In this document: positions 9,077 to 16,596 of the stretch, piece after piece | Numbering within the stretch: the first letter of the stretch is position 1 | How the letters are laid out: each line of letters begins with the position of its first letter | NCBI RefSeq assembly: GCF_001457595.1 | Contig: NZ_LN831039.1 | Span: forward strand, 1,470,001 to 1,502,000 | Length of the DNA stretch: 32,000 nt | Direction of reading: 5' to 3' | From: Mycolicibacterium smegmatis | GTDB taxonomy: Bacteria; Actinomycetota; Actinomycetes; Mycobacteriales; Mycobacteriaceae | Made by a program: the position numbers and the translations under genes | The notes under the pieces: generated by a model | The model's input: only the letters and a program-made list of their open reading frames with translations | What the model was told of the DNA's origin: nothing | Databases searched by the model: none

Positions 9077-9874
9077 ATGACCGATTACCACGTCGGATTG
9101 ATCGTCCCCAGCTCGAATCTCACGATGGAGACCGAGCTTCCACGCATGCTGGCCGCGCGCGAGAACCTGTTTCCCGACGAGCGCTTCATGTTTCACTCCA
9201 GCCGGATGCGCATGAAACATGTCACGCCTGAGCAACTTCGGGCCATGAACGCGCAGACCGAGCGCTGCGCCTCGGAATTGGCCGATGCCGATCCCGACGT
9301 TGTCGCGTCGGCCTGCCTGGTGGCGATCATGGCCCAGGGCCCGAAGTTCCACTGCACCGCCGAAGCCGACATTGCCCGCGCGCTCGCCGCCGGAGGGTCC
9401 GCCGCTCCCGTCGTGTCGAGTGCGGGGGCGCTCCTGAACGGAATCGAGGTGCTGGGTGCGCGTCGCGTGGCGATCATCACGCCATATCTCAAACCGCTGA
9501 CGAAGATGGTCGCCGACTACATCGAAGACGCGGGCGTCGAAGTCGTCGATGCGCTCAGCCTGGAGGTCTCCGACAATCTCGCGGTCGCCCGGCTCGATCC
9601 TGCCGATCTCCGATCCCATTGGCGCAAAGTCGATCTGCGCAATGCCGACGCGCTCGTGCTGTCCGCGTGCGTGCAGATGCCGTCACTCGAAGCGATCGAT
9701 GCGGTGGAGCGAGAGGCCGGGCTTCCCGTGCTGTCGGCGGCAACCGCGACCACCTACACCATCCTCGACAGGCTGGGTCTGGCGCCCGTTGTGCCGTCGG
9801 CGGGCAGGTTGCTCAGCGGCGAACCCCGGTCCAGACAACTGGCCGGGTCGGTGTCCCGCGAGGTCGAGACCTAG
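9077..9874 (+). CDS. nicE: maleate cis-trans isomerase (Asp/Glu racemase superfamily, two-Cys type)
   Basis: 265-aa ORF. GLIVPSSNLTMETE, SRMRM and NAQTERC are present. Both catalytic-Cys contexts are there (SACLVAIM and LSACVQMPS), plus PVLSAATAT. RBS is GGAGGAAA. Confidence 0.9.
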   Translation: MTDYHVGLIVPSSNLTMETELPRMLAARENLFPDERFMFHSSRMRMKHVTPEQLRAMNAQTERCASELADADPDVVASACLVAIMAQGPKFHCTAEADIARALAAGGSAAPVVSSAGALLNGIEVLGARRVAIITPYLKPLTKMVADYIEDAGVEVVDALSLEVSDNLAVARLDPADLRSHWRKVDLRNADALVLSACVQMPSLEAIDAVEREAGLPVLSAATATTYTILDRLGLAPVVPSAGRLLSGEPRSRQLAGSVSREVET

Positions 9875-9884
9875 CTCGATCCGG

Positions 9885-11867
9885 TCAGCGTTTCACCACC
9901 ACGTCGCGGTTCGCAATGGTCTGCGTCCGTTTGTACAGCCACAGCATGACGGCGAAGAACGCGACGAGGCCGAAGATCTGCGCGAAGCTGCCGTCGTTGC
10001 CGGAGAAGATCGCCAGCGGGTCCTCGTTGCCGGTACCCGCCACGATGCCCGCGAAGACGACACCGTAGAGGCTCTCGCCGACGATCAGACCGGTCGCCAG
10101 CAGCACGCCGAGACGCTTCTTGCGTTCGACGTCGCCGGTGCGGTACGCCCAGCGGTTGTAGAAGTACCCCATGATCGCGCCGATCGGGATGATCAGCGTC
10201 AGGCTCATCGGCAGGTACATACCCATGCCGACCGCCAGCGGCGGCAGGCCGAACCGTGATGTGCGGATGAGAATTTCGTCGATGATCACCACCACGACGC
10301 CGATCGCGGCGCCCAGCCCGATCAACGACCAGTCCAGCGAGCCGCCGAACACACCCTTGGCCAGCGACGAGATCAGCGCGGCCTGCGGTGCGGCGAGCGC
10401 GTTCTCGGTGGCACCAGGCGCGCCGAGGAACCCGAACGCGGTCTGCATCAGATCGAGCACCGGCGGGATGATGGCCGACCCGAACAGCACGCCGATCACC
10501 AACGCCACCTGCTGCTTCCACGGCGTGGCACCGACCAGCTGACCGGTCTTGAGGTCCTGCAGGTTGTCGTTGGAGATGGTGGCCACGCCGAACGTGACGG
10601 CCGCCGCGAACAGCGTGAACGCCACCAGCGCGGTGGAGCTGGTGTCGTCGGTGGGGCCGTACACGAACTTGATCATCAGCGCCGCGACCACCACGGTGAG
10701 GATGCCGACGCCGGAGATCGGGCTGTTCGAGGACCCGATCAGACCGGCCATGTACCCGCACACCGCGGCGATCACACCGCCGACGACGAAGATGAACACC
10801 AGGCTCGCGGCGATGATCGCGGCCGACTTGCCCTGCAACGCGGTCCCCAGACTGAAGTCCCACATGAGCAACCCGATCGGGATGAGCATCACCACGATCG
10901 TCGCGATCACGATGGGGAACGGGATGTCGCGCTGGGTGATGTCGACAAGTTGGCCCTCGCGGCGCTCGCGGGCCGACACCAGCGCCTCGGTGATGCCCTT
11001 GACGATCGGGCGCAGGATCTTCAGCAGCGTCGACACCGCGCCCACCGCGATCGCGCCGGCACCCACGAACCGCACCTCGTTGGCGAACGCACTGGAGATG
11101 ACGTCGGCGACGGATTCACTGCCCGCGAAATCGCCGATGGTGCGGAACGGCAGGATGATTCCGAACGAGATCACCAGGCCGACGAGCATCGCGATGCCGA
11201 CGGTCATGCCCACCAGATGTCCGACACCGATCAACGCGAACGACAGGCTCGCACCGAACATCGATCCGCCCGCGCCGACGCGGAAGTACGCGGTGATCGA
11301 ATTGGCCAGCACCTTCAGATTGGCGAGCAGTGCGAACGCGACCGACACGATCGAGCCGAACGTGATGATCCGCAGACCGATCCGGTTGTCCTCGGCACCC
11401 TCGGTGCGCTCACCGACCTTGAGCACCTCGGCGGCCGCGACGCCTTCGGGGTAGGGCAGGTCCGATCCGGTCACCAGCGCGCGGCGCAGCGGGATCGAAT
11501 ACATCACGCCGAGGATGCCGCCGACGGCGCAGACCGCGACGGTGATCCAGTACGGGAACCCGGTCCACCAGCCGATCATCACCAGGCCGGGCAGCACGAA
11601 GATGATCGCCGACAACGTGCCCGCGGCCGACGCCACGGTCTGCACGATGTTGTTCTCCACGATCGAGTGGTCGCGGAAGTTGCGCAGGATCGCCATCGAG
11701 ATCACCGCCGCCGGGATCGCCGTGGCGAATGTCAGCCCGACCTTGAGTCCCAGGTACACGTTGGCGGCGGTGAACACCAGCGTGATCGCCCCGCCGAGCA
11801 GGATGCCCCGGACGGTCAGTTCGCGCAGCGTCGGGGTGGCGGGGGTTGCAGTGCTTTCCGAGGTCAC
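9885..11867 (-). CDS. OPT-family oligopeptide transporter
   Basis: 660-aa polytopic membrane ORF. The N-terminus LRELTVRGILLGGAITLVFTAANVYLGLKVGLTFATAIPAAVISMAIL is characteristic of bacterial OPT transporters. GTG start is preceded by GGAAGGAAA. Confidence 0.88.
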   Translation of the reverse strand: MTSESTATPATPTLRELTVRGILLGGAITLVFTAANVYLGLKVGLTFATAIPAAVISMAILRNFRDHSIVENNIVQTVASAAGTLSAIIFVLPGLVMIGWWTGFPYWITVAVCAVGGILGVMYSIPLRRALVTGSDLPYPEGVAAAEVLKVGERTEGAEDNRIGLRIITFGSIVSVAFALLANLKVLANSITAYFRVGAGGSMFGASLSFALIGVGHLVGMTVGIAMLVGLVISFGIILPFRTIGDFAGSESVADVISSAFANEVRFVGAGAIAVGAVSTLLKILRPIVKGITEALVSARERREGQLVDITQRDIPFPIVIATIVVMLIPIGLLMWDFSLGTALQGKSAAIIAASLVFIFVVGGVIAAVCGYMAGLIGSSNSPISGVGILTVVVAALMIKFVYGPTDDTSSTALVAFTLFAAAVTFGVATISNDNLQDLKTGQLVGATPWKQQVALVIGVLFGSAIIPPVLDLMQTAFGFLGAPGATENALAAPQAALISSLAKGVFGGSLDWSLIGLGAAIGVVVVIIDEILIRTSRFGLPPLAVGMGMYLPMSLTLIIPIGAIMGYFYNRWAYRTGDVERKKRLGVLLATGLIVGESLYGVVFAGIVAGTGNEDPLAIFSGNDGSFAQIFGLVAFFAVMLWLYKRTQTIANRDVVVKR

Positions 11868-12023
11868 CTCGGGATTTCCTTCCGATGGACGGCAGGCCGA
11901 CGCGTCCCGCCGGCCAGGTGCTTCTACACGTTAGGCCCCGAACCTGGGGATCGTGGGCAGGATCAAGCCGTTTTTGTCGGTGCCCGGTGTCATTCTGAGC
12001 GGCTCTCGAGAAAAGGAGTCGTC

Positions 12024-12620
12024 ATGACCGCACCCAACATCCCTGCCGCCGGCTGGTACCCCGACCCCAGTGGTCAGCCCGGTCAGCGCTATCACGACGG
12101 ACGCCGGTGGACCCAGCATTTCGTGCCGACACCGCCACCCGCACCCGCCGCGCCGCCACCTGCCCCGGTCGCGGTGGCCGTCGCGACCGGCGGTGGGCCC
12201 AGCCACGGCCTGCACGCCGTGCTGACCCTGCTGACCTGCGGAATGTGGTTGCCGATCTGGATCCTGGTGGCGATCTTCGGCGGCGGGGGGACCTCGGCCG
12301 TGGCGGTCAGCGGGGCGGGCGTGGTGCGGACGGCCAACCGCAGGCCGGCCATGGTGGTCGCCGCGGTGATCGGCGGGCTGTTCCTGCTCGGGCTCGTCGG
12401 CCAACATCCTTGGCTGCTGGTTGTTTTCGGTGTGCTCGGTGTGGTGGCGGGTTTCGGTGTGTGGTTGCTGAAGTCCGCGCAGCGACGCGACGAGCATCAA
12501 CGGGCCGAGCAGTTCCATCGCGATATGCTCGCGCAGCGTGCCGAGGATGAGGACCAGCTGTACCAGCAGGGCGATCCGCGGGGAGTTCACGGGCGCTACA
12601 TGCCACCCCCGACACCGTGA
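12024..12620 (+). CDS. DUF2510-domain membrane protein
   Basis: AAGWYPDPSGQPGQRYHDGRRWTQH is the DUF2510 motif. It is followed by a Pro/Ala linker and hydrophobic segments. ATG 12024 is preceded by AAAAGGAG. The long in-frame extension in the track (from 10950) is antisense to the OPT gene and was discarded. Confidence 0.8.
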   Translation: MTAPNIPAAGWYPDPSGQPGQRYHDGRRWTQHFVPTPPPAPAAPPPAPVAVAVATGGGPSHGLHAVLTLLTCGMWLPIWILVAIFGGGGTSAVAVSGAGVVRTANRRPAMVVAAVIGGLFLLGLVGQHPWLLVVFGVLGVVAGFGVWLLKSAQRRDEHQRAEQFHRDMLAQRAEDEDQLYQQGDPRGVHGRYMPPPTP

Positions 12621-12649
12621 GCGGGACCGCAACGAACCCGTCGCTGCCC

Positions 12650-12682
12650 GTTCACCTGTAGGTCCCCATCCGCTCACCTGCC
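12650..12682 (+). promoter_or_regulatory. three tandem 11-nt units resembling actinobacterial PHO-box direct repeats
   Basis: The units are GTTCACCTGTA | GGTCCCCATCC | GCTCACCTGCC. They end 48 nt before the lipoprotein ATG (12730). Compare the Streptomyces PhoP unit G(G/T)TCAYYYR(G/C)G. Confidence 0.4.
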
Positions 12683-12729
12683 CACGCCAAGCTCTTGCGC
12701 GACCTTGGCACAACTGAAAAGGGTGACGA

Positions 12730-15072
12730 ATGACCTGGATGAGCCAGTCGACAGCGCGGGCTGCAACGTTGACGACGCTGGTGGCACTGATCGCGGCGGG
12801 GTGCGCGACCGAGAAGGAGCCGTCGCGCGACGATGCGGCGCCGGGCCCGCGTGCCATCTCGCCCATCGACTGGAACCTGCCGGCGGCCGACCGCTACCAC
12901 CGCACCGCGACCTACCCGGTGTTCCTCAACCGGCCGGCCGAGGATCCCGTCGACGCCGAGACCGTCGCGGAAATCTCGACCGTCACGCCGGACGGCAACA
13001 CGCTGATCTACACCGACGCCGCCGCCAAGCGCATCGGATTCGTCGACATCACCGATGCGGCGAAACCGGTTGGCAAGGGCACGCTCTCGCTCAAGGAGCT
13101 GGGACATCAGGACGACCAGCCCACCTCGGTGGCCGCAGTCGGTGAGTTCGTGCTCGTCGTCGTCGACACCACGGGCGGCGACTTCCCGCACCCGTCGGGA
13201 CGCGTCGACATCGTCCGCGTCGCCGACCGCACGCGCGTGCACAGCATCGACCTGGGCGGGCAACCGGATTCGATCGCGATCAGCCCCGACGGGACATTCG
13301 CCGCGATCGCCATGGAGAACCAGCGCGACGAGGAGTTCACCCCACCCGGCGGTGAGGAAGGTGACCTGCCGCAGCCACCAACAGGTTTCGTGCAGCTCAT
13401 CGACCTTGCCGGTGCGCCGAACACATGGACGCCGCGACGGGTCGACTTCGACGTCGAAGCAGCGCGCGCCGCGGGACTCGACACGCCCGAGGACTTGGAG
13501 CCCGAGTACGTCAGCATCAACTCCCGCGGTCAGGTCGCGGTGACGCTGCAGGAGAACAACGGCATCGCGATCATCGACGGTGCCACCGGTGACGTCATCA
13601 AGATCTTCAGTGCGGGAAGCGAATCCGTCGAGGGCATCGACACCGCCGAGGACGACACCATCGACCAGACCGGATCGATCCCCGAGACACCCCGCGAACC
13701 CGACGCCATCGGCTGGATCGACGACACCCATGTGGCCACGGCCAACGAGGGGGACTGGAAGGGTGGCACGCGCGGCTGGACCATCTTCGACGCCACCACG
13801 GGCGACGTGGTGTGGGACGCCGGCAACACATTCGAACAGCTCGCGGTGCGCACCGGCCTGCACATCGAGAGCCGCGCCGAATCGAAAGGCCCTGAGCCAG
13901 AAGGGCTGGCGATCACCGACCTCGGCGGTCGCCGTACCGCGCTGATCGCCTCGGAGCGCAGCAATTTCGTCGCGGTCTACGACGTCACAGATCCGAGTTC
14001 GCCGGTGTTCCGCCAGATCCTGCCCACCACACCGGGGCCCGAGGGCATCCTGCCGATCCCGTCGCGCAACCTGCTGGCGATCTCGTCGGAGACCGATGAC
14101 GCCGAAAACCGTGTGCGCGCTTCGGTGAGCGTGTACGGCTTCGGTGAGCAGTACGCGAAGGTCGGTGGTAAGCCGTCGTTCCCGTCGATCGTGTCCGGCG
14201 ACATCGACAACGTCCCGATCGGCTGGGGCGCACTCGGCGCGCTGTCGGCGGATCCGAAGAATCCCGACCGGCTGTACACCGCCACGGACAACGCCTACGG
14301 CCCGGCCCGCGTTCTCGGCATCGACACAGCGCAGACCCCCGCGCTGATCGACACCGAGTTGGCGGTCACCGAGGACGGCAAGCCCGTCACACTCGACACG
14401 GAGGGTGTGGCTGCCCGGCCCGACGGCGGATTCGTGCTCGCGGTGGAAGGTGAGGAAGGCCCCGCGAATGAACTCGTGTTCGTCGACGCGAGGGGAAGCA
14501 TCGAGAAGCGCGTGAAACTTCCCGCCGATGTCGCCGCGCAGCTCGGCGGGCAGGGCCTGGAGGGCGTGGCCGTCGACGGGGACGCGGTGTGGGTGGCGCT
14601 GCAGCGTGAACTCAAGAGCGACCCCAAGGGTGTGGTGCGCATCGGGCGCTACACCCCCGAGGGCGACCGGTGGGAGTGGTACGGCTATCCGCTGGAGACG
14701 ACCTCGGTCGACGACGATTGGATCGGTCTGTCCGAGCTCACGGTCCACGACGGTCAGCTGCTGGTACTCGAACGCGACAAGCTCAACGGCCCTGACGCAC
14801 GCGTCAAATCCCTGTATCGGGTGGCCATTCCGGACGGGGACGGTGTGACGTCGGCCGGCGAAGTACCGAGGGTGCTGCAGAAGACGCTCGCGCGCGACCT
14901 GCTACCTGACCTTCAGGCCACACACGGCTACGTGCAGGAGAAAGTGGAGGGCGTGACCGTCGGCGGCAACGGCAACCTGTACGTCATCACCGACAACGAC
15001 GGACTCGACGACGCCAACGGCGAGACGGTGTTCCTCGATCTCGGGCCGGCCTCGGAGGCACTCGACGGGTAG
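12730..15072 (+). CDS. secreted lipoprotein with an N-terminal beta-propeller-like domain and a C-terminal phytase-like esterase domain
   Basis: 780-aa ORF with high GC3. The signal peptide has a lipobox-like LVALIAAGC. The C-terminal part (DTEGVAARPDGGFVLAVEGE.., LEGVAVDGDAVWVALQRE, LSELTVHDGQLLVLERD, VEGVTVGGNGNLYVITDNDG) resembles the 'esterase-like activity of phytase' family. The N-terminal part resembles 'choice-of-anchor I'-type repeats. Confidence 0.8.
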   Translation: MTWMSQSTARAATLTTLVALIAAGCATEKEPSRDDAAPGPRAISPIDWNLPAADRYHRTATYPVFLNRPAEDPVDAETVAEISTVTPDGNTLIYTDAAAKRIGFVDITDAAKPVGKGTLSLKELGHQDDQPTSVAAVGEFVLVVVDTTGGDFPHPSGRVDIVRVADRTRVHSIDLGGQPDSIAISPDGTFAAIAMENQRDEEFTPPGGEEGDLPQPPTGFVQLIDLAGAPNTWTPRRVDFDVEAARAAGLDTPEDLEPEYVSINSRGQVAVTLQENNGIAIIDGATGDVIKIFSAGSESVEGIDTAEDDTIDQTGSIPETPREPDAIGWIDDTHVATANEGDWKGGTRGWTIFDATTGDVVWDAGNTFEQLAVRTGLHIESRAESKGPEPEGLAITDLGGRRTALIASERSNFVAVYDVTDPSSPVFRQILPTTPGPEGILPIPSRNLLAISSETDDAENRVRASVSVYGFGEQYAKVGGKPSFPSIVSGDIDNVPIGWGALGALSADPKNPDRLYTATDNAYGPARVLGIDTAQTPALIDTELAVTEDGKPVTLDTEGVAARPDGGFVLAVEGEEGPANELVFVDARGSIEKRVKLPADVAAQLGGQGLEGVAVDGDAVWVALQRELKSDPKGVVRIGRYTPEGDRWEWYGYPLETTSVDDDWIGLSELTVHDGQLLVLERDKLNGPDARVKSLYRVAIPDGDGVTSAGEVPRVLQKTLARDLLPDLQATHGYVQEKVEGVTVGGNGNLYVITDNDGLDDANGETVFLDLGPASEALDG

Positions 15073-15080
15073 ATCCCGTT

Positions 15081-16031
15081 GTGAGCGGCGCTCGTAGTGG
15101 GTATGCGGACGCCATCATGGATGTCTACAACGTCGCCTTCGAATGGACCGACACCAACCGGCACTGGTTCATCGAGGTCCCGATCCGGATCACCGCCTAC
15201 ATCGTCATCGTGCTCATCGCGCGGTACGTGCTGCACCGGTTGATCGACCGTGCCACCACGGGCCGGTCCCACCAGGAACGCGAGGAGGGCAAGCCGCCCA
15301 GCCGACGGCCACCGCTGCTGCGGTATCTGCGTGAGCGGGCCCCCGCGGCCGCGTCGAGTTCACAGACCGCGAAGCGGCGTCAGCAGCGCGCGCAGACGAT
15401 CGGTTCGGTGCTCAAGTCCACGGTGTCGATCGTGCTGCTCGGGTGGATGGTGCTGGGCGTGCTCAGCGTGCTCGGTGTCAACATCGCGCCGTTGATCGCC
15501 TCGGCGGGTGTCGCCGGTGTGGCGATCGGTTTCGGTGCGCAGAACCTGGTGCGAGATTTCGTCACGGGCATGTTCATGCTGTTGGAGGACCAGTACGGCG
15601 TGGGCGACACCGTCGATCTGGGTGCTGCGGTGGGCCAGGTGGAAAGCGTCGGCCTGCGCATCACCACACTGCGCGACATCGACGGCACGCTCTGGTACGT
15701 CCGCAACGGTGAGATCGCGCGCGTCGGCAACATGAGCCAGGACTACGCCGTCGCGCGCGTCGAGGTGCCCGTCGCGGTGACCACCGACCTCAACCGCGCC
15801 GAGGAGATCGCACTGCAGGCCGCCGAAGAAGCGCTCGCCGACCCCAAGGTGTCCGACAAGACCCTCGGCGAACCCGAGATGCTGGGCGTGCAAGACTTTT
15901 CGGCCGATCACGTCACGCTGCGGATGACCGTGAAGACCCGGCCCAACGCGCAGTGGTCGGTGCAGCGACGGCTACGTCGCGAGATCCTGCGTGCGTACGA
16001 CGAACACGAGATCTACGCGCCGAACGCCTAG
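15081..16031 (+). CDS. small-conductance mechanosensitive channel (MscS family)
   Basis: 316-aa ORF. GVAIGFGAQNLVRDFVTGMFMLLEDQYGVGDTVDL is the MscS pore-helix/beta-domain signature. The start could be GTG 15081 or ATG 15118. Confidence 0.9.
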   Translation: MSGARSGYADAIMDVYNVAFEWTDTNRHWFIEVPIRITAYIVIVLIARYVLHRLIDRATTGRSHQEREEGKPPSRRPPLLRYLRERAPAAASSSQTAKRRQQRAQTIGSVLKSTVSIVLLGWMVLGVLSVLGVNIAPLIASAGVAGVAIGFGAQNLVRDFVTGMFMLLEDQYGVGDTVDLGAAVGQVESVGLRITTLRDIDGTLWYVRNGEIARVGNMSQDYAVARVEVPVAVTTDLNRAEEIALQAAEEALADPKVSDKTLGEPEMLGVQDFSADHVTLRMTVKTRPNAQWSVQRRLRREILRAYDEHEIYAPNA

Positions 16032-16120
16032 CCCGCGAGGACGGAGCGGGGGATCGCGATCGACGGACCGCCGGGGTCGACCACCAGGCCGCTGTATCCG
16101 CTCTGCAGCACCATGTCGGA

Positions 16121-16148
16121 AGTCCGATATCACCGGTGATTTCAGTGG
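16121..16148. repeat. partial copy (AGTCCGATATCACCGGTGATTTCAGTGG) of the 28-bp palindrome
   Basis: It shares a 16-nt identical run, CGATATCACCGGTGAT, with 16551-16566. It lies 5 nt beyond the stop of the 120-aa gene. Confidence 0.7.
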
Positions 16149-16152
16149 GGAA

Positions 16153-16515
16153 CTAGACGACGAACGCCAGCCAGAAGCCGATGGGAATCATCGCGAGATA
16201 GGACAGGACGCCGACCGGCAGGCCGAACAGGGGCGAGCGTTTGAAGTGATTGGCCACCCCTGCCGCCACGACAGCCGTGACTCCGCCGGCTGCCAGGGAC
16301 ATCCACGGGATGAAGACGAGCACGTTCTGGCCATGGCCGGACAGCTGGCACACACGGTCGGTGGTTCCCTCATGGCAGGCGTCGGTCGCCATGGCGAGCG
16401 GCAGCATCGCCACCACGGCGACGGCGAAGCCGACGAACAGCATTGCGATGAGAACAGCCGCGAACCATCCCCAGTGCTTGTTACCGGGTGCGCGTCGTTC
16501 GGTCGGCTCGGCCAT
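16153..16515 (-). CDS. hypothetical small integral membrane protein (120 aa)
   Basis: High GC3. There are three or four hydrophobic segments and a Cys-containing loop (ATDACHEGTTDRVCQLSGHG). No family recognised. Confidence 0.7.
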   Translation of the reverse strand: MAEPTERRAPGNKHWGWFAAVLIAMLFVGFAVAVVAMLPLAMATDACHEGTTDRVCQLSGHGQNVLVFIPWMSLAAGGVTAVVAAGVANHFKRSPLFGLPVGVLSYLAMIPIGFWLAFVV

Positions 16516-16546
16516 CGGGTGTCACGGTAGATGCAGTCTCTTCGAC

Positions 16547-16574
16547 AGTGCGATATCACCGGTGATATCGCACT
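16547..16574. repeat. perfect 28-bp palindrome AGTGCGATATCACC|GGTGATATCGCACT
   Basis: I verified base by base that it is its own reverse complement. It lies 32 nt upstream of the 120-aa gene start and 23 nt downstream of the prfC stop. Confidence 0.9.
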
Positions 16575-16596
16575 TTCGATGCATATGTGTGCTCCC

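Noticed and set aside
10950-12023. Long N-terminal extension of the DUF2510 ORF (track ORF 10950-12620)
   Set aside because: The extension is antisense to the OPT transporter gene and is Arg/Asp/His-rich. A good RBS plus ATG at 12024 begins the recognisable DUF2510 motif.
12652-14748. 698-aa minus-strand ORF
   Set aside because: It is antisense to the 780-aa lipoprotein gene, which has a signal peptide, high GC3 and domain motifs. The shadow ORF has none.
16551-16570. Resemblance of TATCACC..GGTGATA to phage lambda operator half-sites; similar CACCGGTGAT strings at 23397-23406 and 25421-25430
   Set aside because: The half-site spacing differs from lambda operators. CACCGGTG is a short GC-rich palindrome expected by chance in this genome, and the other occurrences lack the flanking conserved bases.
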